64,000 bases of DNA from Eledone cirrhosa (GCA_964016885.1 OZ024742.1:253456001-253520000); one strand, 5' to 3'; positions 24,493 through 38,399 are shown, counted from the first letter of the stretch. Numbers and translations are program-made. The notes: generated from the sequence alone by a model not told the origin.

Positions 24493-24797
24493 CGGCAGTT
24501 GCCCGATATAGGCTTGTTATTTTTATTGACTTTAAATCGAGTCAGGCAAACCATATTGTTTTAAATTAGTATTTTTTCAACCTAGCTAACTTGGTCATTT
24601 GCAATTCAAACACATGTATACTTGTATCAGTGTTTATCCCTCTCATATATTCAGTTGTATTACACGGCTCGGAAAGATTCCCTTCCTTGACCTATTTAAT
24701 TGTAAAAGACTATTTTGAGATTCTAACTCAATCTATGATATATATATATATTTACATACGGACGCACACACACATATGTACATTTATATATACATTC

Positions 24798-24921
<124 letters not shown>

Positions 24922-25928
24922 TATATATATATATATATATATAGTTCGAAATAACAAATAGACAAGCAAATACAGGAGTAAATGGTATATGGTGTTATTA
25001 GTTTCATGCTTGGTGAGAGTGGTGGCGGGGGAGTGTTGTGCACTGCCAAAATCGGGGAGACCACAAAACAGAGTAGTTCTCTATACATGTGAAGGTGCAG
25101 AGTGGGTATAAAGGAAGATATAAACCTGACCGTGAAACCTAGTGGTTTCAGCTTCTATGCCACATGAAACCCAAAACTGCTAGCTGTTGTGGTTGGGTAT
25201 ATACCTCCCTTTATATATATATATTTGAGAATAGTGTGATGAACTATTGATTTCAGAGTCGGATGCAATCACTATCAATAGTACCTTGAGCCGATTGATA
25301 GTGAAACACGTGTCATATGTGAATGAATATAATGATGTTATATTTATATATCATTCTTATTCCTTACCATTAATATAATTATTAACACTACTTCTCAAGG
25401 ATATCGACTACGGTGAAATATCAAACATAGGATAACACATTGGCAGCTGGACACATATTAAGATTTAGTGCTCAAACTGGTGAACCAATAGTAACTAAAT
25501 GTTACACATCAATAGATTATACACATATACGTGTGTGTGTTTTTACGTGCATGAATACACATGTGTACACACATTCAGACACACACACTTTCACCAACAA
25601 CACACTTAACACCCACACATGCTCACACACATCATAATATGAACTCCACATACACACATCCACAAACTACCCATCTGCACCCCACACCCACACACTGGAC
25701 CACACCCCATCACTACTCTTACTCCTCCCCTCTCCTCTTTATTTACTTTCTAATTTTATTAAAAAAAACCTTTTTAGTTTTCATTTTCTTTGCACTTTTC
25801 CTGTTGTGTTTTTTCTGATGAAGGGCAAATGTGTAATACATTCTACATTGACTATATAATTTACTCTTTTCTAAACTTATATCAGTTTATGTAAATGCAT
25901 CCTCTTGTGTGTTTGTTTCTTGTTTCCT

Positions 25929-25996
<68 letters not shown>

Positions 25997-26000
<4 letters not shown>

Positions 26001-26750
26001 TCGCTATTAGCTTTCTCCGATAATATATTTATATATTTACTTTTGGTGCAACGGATATGAACTTCCCGATATAAGGTTTGACTCTCTTTGTTTATTTTTA
26101 TATATGAATATTGATTGTTTCTTGTATCTCATTCTGTTATTTTGCCCGAGAAAATATCTATGTGTGTCATCAAACGATGTACACATGGATATTTTTTCAA
26201 ATTCCAATTGAGTTCTAGCACGTGGCTTGAATTCCTTTTAGAATTCATTGTCCTGCGCATGTATTGTTTTTTGGCGATAATCTCCTTCCTCATTTTTGAG
26301 ACAGTATGAGAATTTCTTTAGAACTGCTGGGCTATCAACCTAGCAGCTACCTCAAGCACTGATGGTGATTATCGCTAAATATTGATGTTGATTTGATTAT
26401 CAATATTAATATTATTGGGCACCCACTGAAGAATTATAAGAGCCCACTTGAATAAGTATCTGTTGATCTTATACAAGCTTCTACATAAATTGGTATAATT
26501 TCACCAAACTTGTAGGAATCTTATAATGAAACGAGACGTCCGTCTGGGAAGAGATATATTTGATGTATCTCATATGAAATGATGCAGCCAATTTTCCACA
26601 CAATAGTTAGTTCCACACAATTTTCCACAATTAGTTAGCACCCCGAACGTTTAATTAAGAATATACTCACTTATTTCCTAATGTTTGTTGAGTGAGTTGG
26701 GATTTGGCCGGAGTATCGCTATTAGCTTTCTCCGATAATGTATTTATATA
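25997..26750. repeat. ~715-bp unit bounded by ~38-bp direct repeats, inside (TA)n
   Basis: AGTATCGCTATTAGCTTTCTCCGATAAT(A/G)TATTTATATA at 25997 and 26712. Confidence 0.8.
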
Positions 26751-26926
26751 TATATATATATATATGTATATATGTGTATATAAATCTACCAAAATAAACG
26801 GTAGTGTCCAATCCATATGACGAACTTAATGTAATCCAAATATAGAAGATATCATGAAAAGAGAAAATGCATTCAAAATTTAACGATAAAAATATAAAAA
26901 ATTATAGAAAAACAGAGTCAAGATAA

Positions 26927-27126
26927 ATTAATAAAAACAATGAAATAAAAACAAAGAACAGGTTCCTTATATTAAAAAAAATCATCATTTTACGATCGTT
27001 TACATAGATCTTTAATATGATATACATACCAACATACACATATATATCCCAGAAACGATCGTAAAATGATGATTTTTTTTAATATAAGGAACCTGTTCTT
27101 TGTTTTTATTTCATTGTTTTTATTAA

Positions 27127-27128
<2 letters not shown>
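26927..27128 (+). mobile_element. Fold-back PLE pLTR remnant (~75-bp inverted arms) with the 3' half of a minimal hammerhead
   Basis: Arms 26927-27001 and 27053-27127. CCCAGAAACGATCGTA gives GAAAC, palindromic stem III and GTA. Confidence 0.65.
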
Positions 27129-27187
<59 letters not shown>

Positions 27188-27189
<2 letters not shown>

Positions 27190-28251
27190 TCATCATCATC
27201 ATCATCATCAACGTTTAACGTCCGTGTTCCACGCTTGCATAGGTTTGAACGGGGGTTTTCCCACTTGAGGCAAGAGTGATTGTCTTGCTCGCATAGGACT
27301 GTCTGGCGGGTTTTCTACAGCTGGATGCCCTTCCTAACACCAACCACATTTACAGTGTAGGGCTGGGAGGTTTTTACCGTGTTGCCTACACGGCCACATT
27401 ACAGCGTGGACTGTCTTGCGGGTTTTCTACAGCTGGATGCCCTTCCTAACACCAACCACATTTACAGTGTGGGGCTGGGAGGTTTTTACCGTGTTGCCTA
27501 CACGGCCACATTACAGCGTGGACTGTGTGTTTTTTTGTCGTGACACCTACACGATCTCATTTGTTTTGGCCTGGATGCTGTGGCACCAACATAACTTTAC
27601 ATTGAAAGGGGCGGTGTGGATGGGGTGGGGGTGGTGGGACGGGGGTGTATTTTGTTAGAGATGCCTACTGACTGTAGTAGGTTTTACTTTGTATTTAGGT
27701 AAGGCGGGTCTTCTCTATTACTGAGTACCGCCAAAGGTCTCGGTCCAGTGACATTGTCTTGGAGAGGTGTAAGTGTGTGAGGTCGGAATTTATCAGCTCG
27801 TCCCAGGTTTTTCTGGGTCTGCCTACTCCGTGGCTACCGTCTATCTTTATTGCCCTGCACGTTGTTATACAGCTATCGTCTTTCATGCGCATCACGTGAC
27901 CATACCAACGTAGCCTTCTCTCGAGTAAACAACATCTGATCCCTCTTATTTCTAATTTTTTCCTTAGTTCATTTATGCTTTGCCGTTCACGTGTATTACT
28001 ATTACACATCCAGCGGAGCATGCAATCTTCGTTCCTCTCTAGTTTGCGTATATCCTCTGCACACAATGCCCAGGTCTCACTGCCATGCAACATTGCTGTT
28101 CGTATGCAGGCATCACACAACCTGCCTTTAATTTTTAGGGAGAACCCTTTAGCGGCTAATAGTGGTATAAGCTCTCTGAACTTTTTCCATCCAGTTCTGA
28201 CTCTAGCTACTGTACTTTCAGAGCACCCTCCCCCACTGCTGATTTTGTCAC

Positions 28252-28255
<4 letters not shown>
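27188..28255 (-). mobile_element. 5'-truncated RTE LINE: ORF C-terminus plus 3' UTR and (TGA)n tail
   Basis: ORF 27695-28255 has WKKFREL..KIKGRL..MLHGSETWA..RRLRWYGHVMR..GRPRKTW. Downstream lie SINE-like central repeats (113-bp tandem duplication) and the tail. Confidence 0.93.
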
Positions 28256-28304
<49 letters not shown>

Positions 28305-28398
28305 CAAAGGGATATTTAATTTTTTGGTAATCAAATATATTTATAACAAATATATTTATAACAGATTCGAAGCACTCGACAGATTTTTATGGAGTATA

Positions 28399-28612
28399 AT
28401 ATCAATGATATTAATAAAGGGAAACTATATTTATAAAACCAGGTAAAACTTGAACCGTTATGATCTCATTCCTGGACATGTCAATATTTATAAAACAAAC
28501 TTTGTATTTTATCTGATGAGAGCGTACCAAAGTTTTGGTACAATTGAAATATATATAATAGAATAAATATGGTTTTATAAATATAGTTTCCATTTATTAA
28601 TATCATTGATAT
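28399..28612 (+). mobile_element. Fold-back PLE pLTR remnant with ~43-bp terminal inverted repeats
   Basis: ATATCAATGATATTAATAAAGGGAAACTATATTTATAAAACCA and its reverse complement at 28570-28612. Contains an HHR. Confidence 0.75.
28505..28565 (+). ncRNA. Minimal type I hammerhead ribozyme
   Basis: Stem I TATTTTAT/ATAGAATA; CTGATGA at 28513-28519; stem II GTACCAAA/TTTGGTAC (base partly decayed); GAAA at 28546-28549; palindromic TATATA stem III; ATA cleavage site. Confidence 0.75.
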
Positions 28613-28639
28613 ATATATATATATATATATATGTCTATA

Positions 28640-29321
28640 GAAGTCGCATTGATAGACACATTTTTCAAATGCAGGCGGGTGCTATAGAAGTGGTGGATAG
28701 CTTCCGGTACCTAGGATATCAGATTAGCATGGGAGGGGGGTGTTCCGAGGCCATAGTATCTAGAATAAGGATGGGTTGGAAGAAGTTTAGGGAGCTGCTT
28801 CCTCTGCTGACGAAGAAGGGTTTCTCCCTGCGTATGAAAGGCCAGTTATATGATGCCTGTGTGAGGAGCACGATGCTGCATGGTAGTGAGACTTGGGCAG
28901 CAACTGCAGAGGATATGCGACGGCTGGAGAGAAATGAGGCAATCATGCTCCGTTGGATGTGCAGTGTCAATGTGTGTGAACGACCCAGCATGGATGTGTT
29001 GAGAGAGAAACTGTGTCTGAGAGGGATAAAATGTAGTGTACAGGAGAGGAGACTGAGGTGGTATGGACATGTAATGCGCATGGAGGATGACTGATGGTTG
29101 AAAAAGTGCCAGGAATTGCCAGTTGAAGGAAGACGTGGTAGAGGTAGACCACGAAAAACATGGGCGGCGGTGGTGAGAACAGACCTCAGATCGCTGAAGC
29201 TCACGGTGGAGATGACGAAGGACCGTGACAAGTGGAGAGATGCTGTGCTGAATAAGACCCACCCCACCCTTGCAAGCAGGGAAAAGCAGATGTAAAATGA
29301 TGATGATGATGATGATGATGA
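28640..29321 (+). mobile_element. 5'-truncated RTE LINE 3' end
   Basis: IEVVDSFRYLG..WKKFRELLPLL..MLHGSETWA..RRLRWYGHVMR..GRGRPRKTW with one in-frame stop; (TGA)n tail. Confidence 0.95.
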
Positions 29322-29379
29322 TATATATATATATATATATTTTAAAAAAATATATATATGTATATTTTTTTTAAAATCC

Positions 29380-30470
29380 GTATCATCATCATTCTCAACA
29401 TTACTATTGAGCGACTATTTTTCTTGCTTGCATGGTTTAGATGAATTGACATGTCCCAAAGCTATGTTGGTCAGGTTATTACAATTTGTTTGTATGCTCT
29501 GTTTTGGGGTTGCCATTTACGGCTGGATATTCTCTGTAATACCAAACAGTTTACAACATGTACTAGTTGCACTTTATCATGTGATCAACACTACCTACTT
29601 ACAGTGTGATCTGGCCATTCAAAATTCATTATCCATAAGCATCATATCTTTATACCAGTGCAGTCTTTTTTTCTTGTACACTACATCTGATTCGTCTTAT
29701 ACCCAGGTTTCTCGGTACATCTGTGCTTTGACTTTCATGAATATTAACATTGTACATTCATCAAAGTAAGCTCACTTTATTTCTCTCCAGTCTTTACATA
29801 TATTCTGCATTCACTGCCCATGTCTCACTAACATGTAACATCACGCATCACATGCAACCATCATACAGCTGGCTTTTAATTTGTGAAAAAAATTTACTGT
29901 CAATAGAGACAGTATCTCCCTGAATTTTTCTTTCCTTTTCTTATTCTAGCTACTATGCTCTCGGAACATCCTCTACTCCTGTTAATTATTTCAACCAGGT
30001 AACAAACAGAAGCTTTCCCCTACTTCTATGGATCCTTCCTGGCATTGGGAAAAGTTTATTTCCCTGATGCTTTTACTAATTACTATGGCTGTACATTTAC
30101 CACATACAAAGTCTACCTTTTCTGCTATTCTGCCTGGTATCCAACTCTGTCTCTTGTGTACACAAGATTTACATTGTGTACTTTGTACCGTTTCTATCTA
30201 CTCCTTTTCTACATATTGAGCATGACCACTAACTTGAGTGAATCAGGTCCTGTCTTCTTTCATGCTTACTAAAACTTTAGTGGCTTTTCCCAAGTTTACT
30301 TTTTAAGCTCTTTCGATTCTAGTTTCTGTTTCCACGACTAGAATTTTTTCTCAAGCACTTTCAGATTCTGCTATAAGAAACAACTCATCAGCTTACAAAA
30401 GTTTTCATGGATAGCCTGTCTTAAACTTTTCTGTTATGACTTGGAGAACTATAATAAATACAATGTGTGC
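29380..30470 (-). mobile_element. Old degraded RTE LINE with SINE-like 3' UTR
   Basis: Minus strand resembles the FIIVLQ.IT..FKTG.PW.LL.ADEL and WKKFRE regions of the copy at 57.0-58.0 kb. Ends in (TGA)n near 29382. Confidence 0.55.
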
Positions 30471-31657
30471 TTAAAATACCAGTCATTAACTGATTGAATA
30501 CTCAATACTAGAGGGTAAAGTGTAAATTTTATTTTCTAAGTAGAAATGTGGCAGTGACTTCAAAGTTTCAGCTTGACCACTTTATTTGGTGTTTGATGAA
30601 AATATATGAAATTACAAATATATATGAATATGTATCATCATCATTTACCATCTACTTTCTCTGCTAACAATGACTAGATGGCTGATCAGCACCCCTGTCA
30701 GGCCACCAGCACTAAGGAGTTTGGTATATCTTTGATACAGATGAAGTGTCCTTCTGTCACATTGTTTGGCAGGTTTTTCTCTGGCTGGATGCCATTCCTA
30801 TCATTAACCACTTTACAGTGTTTACTGAGTGCATTTATCATGAAGATCAGCAGCTTTAGAAAAGGTGTTTCATCCCAGATACAACTAAAGAGTCATTTTG
30901 ACACTTCTTGGCATGGATTTTACAACAGGATAACATTTCTGTCACCAATCACCATTGCAGGATATACTGGATGCTTTTTGTAGCACTAGCACCAGAGATG
31001 TCACTCTTTTATTCAACTGAAGTGTCCTCACTACACTATAGGGGATGGGCGGTGGCGAAAAAAGGCTGAGTTGGGAGTAACAGAGACAATAAGTTTGGTG
31101 TAATGGGTGTAAGACAAGTGTGGTGGGGGTGAGATAAGAAATAGGAAGGGTAGGGGTAACCACCAATAGCATGGAAGATACTGTGATGATAACAACCACT
31201 ATGGGGTCACAACAAAAAGCACCCAACCCACACTGTAAAGTGGTCACGTGGGTGTCATGACAAAAAGCACCTAATACTCACTGAAAATGTGGTTGGCATC
31301 AGGAAACCAAGACAAAATCAGTTCTGTAGGAGCAAGATATGGTTACCTGACCTGGCATTGCTCACAACAGGACAACTTGTCTAACCTACGCTAGCATGGA
31401 AAATGTATGTTAAATGGTGACGATGGTGATGATGATGATATATATATGTATATCATATACACATATATATGTTTATTAATATATATATATATATGCATGT
31501 GTGTATGTGTGTATATATATACACACACACATAAGTATAAATATAATACCACAGCTGTTAGCAAGATTTTAAAAGAAACAGTTGTTATGCAATAACAGAT
31601 ACTACACTGAAATCTTCATCTTTTGCTTTTACATAAATATATATCCTCCGCCCCACC

Positions 31658-31720
<63 letters not shown>

Positions 31721-32419
31721 ATATATAATTTTTCATTTCTTGATTCTGAAAAATAGAAAAAAAAACAGAGTTTAGAAATGGATCTGTAGTGGAAAAAAAT
31801 AATCAATGATGCAAAAAAATAAATTCAATACATATATCATATATAATATATAGACATGCATATATATATGCTGTCATATCACATATATAGCTTCACTTTA
31901 ATGTCAGTGAAAATGGAAAACCGAATGAAACACAGGATTAGCCGCTAACAGTTTTTATTGTTGAAGTAGTTGTTATTGTTTTTCCATTTTTTTCAGCCTC
32001 CACACACACAGACACATACACACTTAAAAAAGACATAGATATACACACACAAATAAGACCTTACATAGTAGTATTAGTAGTAGAAATATTAATAGTAGTA
32101 GCAGTAGTAGTAGTCATAGTAAAAGTGGTGGTGGTTGATTCCTATATTATCCATAGTGTTTTTCACATTACCCTGGGTTAGCTCCCCCATTCCACCTTAA
32201 CATTTCCTGTTTTTGTCTTCTATTTTCTCTGAATATCTCTACAGACTTTCCTTTTTGTTCCTTCACCAGGCATGGTATAGCATGCCATGGCTGGGTGGTT
32301 AAGGAGTTTAATCTACAACCATGTTGTTCAAGGTTCAGTCCCACTGTACTGTATCTTGTCTACGTGTCTTCCACTAGAGTCGCAGCTTGACAATAACTTG
32401 TGGAATTTGGTAGAAGCCC

Positions 32420-34120
32420 ATCATACTCCTGAGCTATATTGTTGTTATATCAATGACTATATCGGCACCCCCTCTCTATCACGAGAACAGCTCAATTGCT
32501 TTCTATCTTTCCATCCCCCTCTCACCTTCACTGCCTTCATCTCTGATTCTTCTGTCCCTTTTCTCGATATCTCTCTATCTATCAATCACTCTCACCACAC
32601 CCTCTCTATTTCCATCTTCTATAAACCGACCGACTCCCACTTGTACCTCGACTTCACGTCCTCCCACACCAAACACTCCATACCTTATTCCCAATTCCTC
32701 CATCTTCGTAGGCTCTGTAGCCAGGACGGCGATTTCGAAACCCATTCCCTTCACGTGACTTCTCGCTTCATCCAGCATGGATATTCCCCCACCCTGATCC
32801 AAGCTGCTCTCACCCATGCCCGTGAAACTGACCATACCACAACCCTCTCAACTTATCAGCGCCCTCCCAACACCTGCCTTCGTTTCCCTCTCACCTACCA
32901 CCCCATCACCTTACAACTCCGGCGACACATCCTCCATTCCTTTCGCACCCTCTCTTGACCCTGTCACTTCTCATTTATTTCCTAACCCACCTATTACTGC
33001 ATTTAAATGTGCCTGTAACCTCTGCAACCTCCTGCTATGTAGTTCCTCCTTGTCCTCCTCTCCTATGACTCCACCCGGCTCTCATCCTTGTTCTTGTCCC
33101 CACTGCAACATTTGTCCTTTCATTTCCACCCTCACCACTCTCACAGGCCCTAACGCATCATTCCATACCCACCACTCCTTCACCTGCACCTCCACCCACT
33201 TTGTCTATGCCACCAGTGCTCCCCTTGCAGGTCCTTAGATATCGGACAAACAGGATGCTGTATGGCAGACCGTTTTGCTGAACACTTGAGGAATATATGA
33301 CTCGGTTTGGATATTCCAGTCACCACTCATTTCCCTTCTCCTGGTCACTCTTCCCTACATGTCTCAGACCTGGGTGCCCTTTTACATCACAGATCAAAGG
33401 CCTCACCCACCAGGACTGAATAGAGTCTTATTTACCGCCTTGGGTCCTATTTCCCCATGGACTCAAATCACCTCCCCAATTTCTTTAATACCCCGTCCGT
33501 TATCACACACGCACTTGTACATTCACCCCTAGATTCCTATGGCTCTCTAATGGTCAGAAACTTATTCTCTTACAACTAATACAGACCAACAAAATCTGCA
33601 CATTCCACTTTTCCCTTCACAGCTCTGTATACACACATACACACCTTTATATTAGCATACTTTTGCTCATAGCTTCGTACTTACAAGCACACACACACTC
33701 TTTTACTTACATATACACATGCATATTTTCTTAGCTTCATACAGTCATATAATATCACACACACACACACACACACATATGCACCTGCATAAATATAGTT
33801 CTTTATTCAAAACGGTTTCTTTTTCCATTTTAGGTAGATGGGCTCCATCATCCACTTTTCTCAAAAAAAAAATCATACACAAAACGCCAGCATCAACACT
33901 TTTCCAAGAAATGTCAACATGAATGGACCTGTTATTTTTATGTAAAGACATTTTTTCCAATTCCACTCCGCCCATACCTTCAATCTATCTTATTTTTCAT
34001 TCTTTCTTCTGATGAAGGACTAGTGTGTGAAACATTAATACCCTCTTCCTGCTATTCCAAGCGTTAAATATTCCTTCCATATACCAATTGTGTGGTTATT
34101 TCTGTTTACCTTTTACATAC
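32420..34120 (+). mobile_element. 5'-truncated Penelope-like element (Poseidon/Neptune-type RT C-terminus plus GIY-YIG), degraded, with 3' region
   Basis: YINDYIG, VPFLDISL, FYKPTDSHLYL, SIPYSQFLHLRRLCS, LTYHP; CSCPHCNICP..FTCTSTHFVY..IGQTG..RFAEHL. A decayed CTGATGAAGG..GAAAC lies at ~34009-34033. Confidence 0.85.
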
Positions 34121-34130
34121 ATATATATAT

Positions 34131-34468
34131 GGAGGCACATGGCTTAGTGGTTAGAGCGTTGGCCTTGCAATCGAAAGGTTGTGAGTTCAATACTCGGACC
34201 GGGTGATGTGTTGTTTCCTTGAGCAAGACACTTTATTTCACATTGCTCCAGTTTACTCAGCTGTAGAAATGAGATGATAGGGACTGGGGTCCATATCATT
34301 CCACTGCAAAGTGGTCGTGGAGGTACCACGGCAAAAAAGCACCCAGCACTCACTGTAAATGAGGTTGGTGTTAGGAAGGGCATCCAGCTGTAGAAATCAA
34401 GCCAGAATCAGTTCCCCTCCCACCCTTGCAAGCAGGGAAAAGTGGACGTAAAATGATGATGATGATGA
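34131..34468 (+). mobile_element. SINE family A, full length
   Basis: Near-identical to 19982-20320. Confidence 0.95.
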
Positions 34469-34490
34469 TATATATATATATATATATATA

Positions 34491-34606
34491 TGAAAAGAGT
34501 CAGGACCCCGATGGCTGAGCTCCGGCTGTTTCGACACCTAGATCTGAGTTCGGATCTAGCTGTTGAAATGGTCGGAGCTTAGCTGTCGGGGTCCTGAATC
34601 TTTTCA
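34491..34606 (+). repeat. 57-bp-arm hairpin with a 2-nt spacer, followed by a conserved tail motif
   Basis: Arms 34491-34547 and 34550-34606 differ at 10 positions. Followed by TATTACCCACTCTACTACCCCAAGTATTGAGTACT. Confidence 0.9.
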
Positions 34607-35089
34607 TATTACCCACTCTACTACCCCAAGTATTGAGTACTCTGGAGCATTATGATCCACATAGTATCTTACCACACCCTCTCTGATATATATATATATA
34701 TATATGATGGGTTTTTACCAAATTATAAAGAGTTCTGAGTTCTTACCATTTCAACAGCTAGTTGCAGACTTTATAACATAATATAACGATGCTCTACTAC
34801 CCCAAGTATCGAGTACTCTGTTGAGTAATGGTCTAACCCTTTTCAAACTGATTCCATCCTAATTTATATATATACATATCCATATGTGGATGACGGCTGA
34901 GAAAAAAGTGTACTCAATACTGAAGCAGTGTTATAATATTCCTTTTATTATGGCTAAATACTGAGTCTTGTTACTTTGGAGTTCCGCTTGTTTATCACAG
35001 GGTGATCTTGTCTGTATATATATATGTTTATATATTTGTTCTGCAAGATTCTTGATGTGAAATCGTGTGTTGAAACTGATATTGTTATA

Positions 35090-35690
35090 TTTGGGGATGG
35101 TCATGTTGTCAGGAGTATATCATGGACTAATATAGAAAGGACTAAGAAAAATATAGGGAAGGCCAACTCCTTGTATGACAGGCAAAAATACCAGAGTGTC
35201 ACGTTTGTCAATGCTACTCCTAGAAGTGAACTAGCGTATCACTTTAGGAGAGCTTTAGAAAAAGACTGAATCTTAGGATTAAAGTAGTAGAAAAAACAGG
35301 AGCTACCATAAAATCTTGGTTCAGTAGGACATACCCCTTTAGGAAAACTTGCTGAACTGATAGAAACTGTATAGTCTGTAAGATAAGCCCACAAATAAAC
35401 TGTAATACTAGAAATCTAGTCTATAGCATAAGATGTACAGAGGGACAAATCAGAAACAAGACAATGGCATACATAGGAGGAGATTAAAGGAACACTGGCA
35501 AAAACTTAAGGAGTAGAAAAGCTCATCAGTGTTATACAAACATGCCAAACTAGAACAGAAGGGATCAATAGATAACAGAAATAAAGAGCCTATCCACACT
35601 CAGACAAATTATGAAGGCCACACACATAATAGAAGATAGTTCTATTCTGAACAGAAAACACAAGTGGAATAGTAACAGCTTGTAACTTAA
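35090..35690 (+). mobile_element. Degraded Penelope-like element fragment (linker plus GIY-YIG)
   Basis: FVNATPRSELA..EKTG.TIK..PF..C..C.VC..NCNTRNLVYSIRC, ending LNRK..WN. Confidence 0.65.
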
Positions 35691-35722
35691 TTTCTATATT
35701 AAATATATATATCTATATACAA

Positions 35723-35754
<32 letters not shown>

Positions 35755-36367
35755 ATGTGTGTGTGTGTGTGTGCGCGTGTGTGCATGTGTGTGTGTGTGT
35801 GTGTGCATGTGTTTGCTTATGTGTGTACATTTTTCTTTGTGTTTATGTCCTGTAACTTAGCTGCTCAGCAAAAGAAGATCAATAAAATATGTACCAGAGT
35901 TGCAAAAGATAAGAACTGTAGTCAATATTATTGACTAAATCCCTTCAATATTGTGCTCCAGCATGGCCACAGTCTCATGATTGAAATCAGTAAAAGAATA
36001 AAAGAAAAAGGACTAGCTTCTCTTTCTCTCTGACATTACAGTAGCTTACACACACACACACATACACACACACGCATATACACATATACATACATATATA
36101 TATATATTTGAAATGTAGTCATGTGAATGCAAATGGCTATAATAATATGTGATTATTATAATTAATAAGTCGATAAAATAAAGTACCAGTAATATACTGG
36201 ATAATTGCTGGCCTTGTGCCTAAAGTAGAAACAATTATAATTAATGGTTGATGCACTCACCCAATATCTGAAAGATGTGGGGTTCAGTTTCTTCCCATCT
36301 CTAGGGATACTTTACCCAATTTTCTCAACTGTTATTTATGGTGAATGACTATTATTATGGTCATAGA

Positions 36368-36560
36368 TGGTAGATTGGCAGTATCGGTAGAGTGTCAGAC
36401 ACCATGCATTGCAGCATAGAGTTATGGCCCTTTATGTTCTGAGTTCAAATCCCGCCAAGGTTAACTTTGCCTTTCATCCTTACGGGGTCAATAAAATAAA
36501 GCACCAGTAATGCACTGGGGTAATTACTGGCCTTGTGCCAAAAGAAGAAACAATTATTAT
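36368..36560 (+). mobile_element. SINE family B
   Basis: TGGCAGTATCGG A box, GAGTTCAAATCC B box, GCCTTTCATCCTTACGGGGTC(A/G)ATAAAATAAAG Deu/Nin-like domain. A 3' fragment also lies at ~36168-36240. Confidence 0.9.
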
Positions 36561-38399
36561 GGTCATTTGTGTTGTGAGGTGCAAGAGCAGTAATGAGATC
36601 CAGGTGGAGTCATAGATAAGGAGAAGGAGGGGAGCTATGTACAAGAATTCATGGAGATTATAGGTACATGTAAAGGTGGAGATTGGTGGGTTAGGAAATA
36701 ACTGAGAATTGACAGGATCAGAAAAGAGGGTTTAGAAGCAAAGGATATGGCCCAGGAGGGGTAGGGTAAAAGAGTTGTATGTGAGGAGAAAGAGAAAGCA
36801 AGTGTGTGTGTTGGGGTCACAGGGTGAGAGGGCTGTGGTTAGTTTCTTGGGCATGGGAATCAGAGGATCCAAAAGGTATGACTGGTCCTGCACAAGCTTT
36901 CATCACTTTAAACAAATCATCAGTGTAGTAATGGATCAGCTTCACAATCAGTTCTATACTGCATCAAGTGGCAAAAGGCCAACCCACTGGTGAGAGAGTA
37001 AAGGTGAATGGGACAGGTTAAGGATATTACTGGAAGTCTCTGCCTGGCACTCTACCCAGTGTTGACCTTTGCGTGATGGCCATTCTAGCAGAAACCAGCG
37101 AGCAATTGTACTATCCTTGTCCTCCAATGGTATCAAAGCAGATCTTTTCTGATGTTGCACTGCTTTCACAAATCTAGAGAGGTGGTGAGAAAAAGAGCCT
37201 TAAACATTGTATGCTCACTTTTCAAACTTATCAGCACACTGCAGATGTCTGGTTATCTAGTAATATAATCTAGTAATATAATCCCAGGAACAGATGAGAA
37301 TTAAGTGTCTTATCAGGGATAGACATCTGCTAACTGACTAAGCTAAAGCTGCCAGACACTCATATATCAAGCTTGACGGGAGAGTCCATATATTTGTGTG
37401 TAGATAAACAAAAAATATTTCTGCAAAATTTGAACTCAGGACATTTGAATTGAATAAAGCAAAGTATTTGACCATTTGTAGGTTCTGTCAATCCACCCTC
37501 TCACCACTCAAAAAAGACCCCAACTAATAACAAAACCTTCAATTTTCATAGCAGAACTAACAGAAAAATTTCCAAATGAAGAGGATATATAAATTGAAAG
37601 CTCTATAATAACAGGACAATATGAAATACCATTAAAATATCATTAGTTAAATGAATACACTGTGGAATATATCACAGTCACCTTTTCTAATCTATTATCT
37701 TTGTATCTCACATGAGAATTAAAAATAATTAAGCATCATCTATCTATCTTTTGTAGTAACCAAACAAAATTGAAAATTAAAAATTAAAAATAAATAAATA
37801 AATATATTCTTAAATCTGAGAACAAATGAGAAAATAAGCGCGTCCAACTAATTTAAAATCATCACAACATGATGTGTGTGTGTAAATATATATATATATA
37901 TATATCACCATTATCATCATCATCATTTTACGTCCAATTTTCCCTGTGTATATATATATATGTATATATATATGTACATATATACATACACACACATATC
38001 ATGTTGTATATGTATATATATATTTATATCATTATCATCATTGTTTTTACATCCACTCTCCACGCTTGCATGGGTTATATATATATATATATATATGTGG
38101 GGGGGGGGGCATGTGTGTGTATGTGTGCTTGTGACTGCAACATAGCCAAATGATTAAGAAGTTTGTTTTATAAACATTAAGTACCTTATTCAATCACGTT
38201 GCATAGCATCTTTGGCAAGTGTCATTCACCAAGTTGTTGTGAGTGAAACTGAGTAGACAGAAACTATTAGGAATCCCATGAGATGTACTGTACCTGTAAT
38301 TCAATGGGCCAACCTTGTTACACACTGTGTTACACTGACTCTTCCCGAGAATAACATTAAGGGTATACATGTCTATGGAAAATAAATATTTCATATCCT

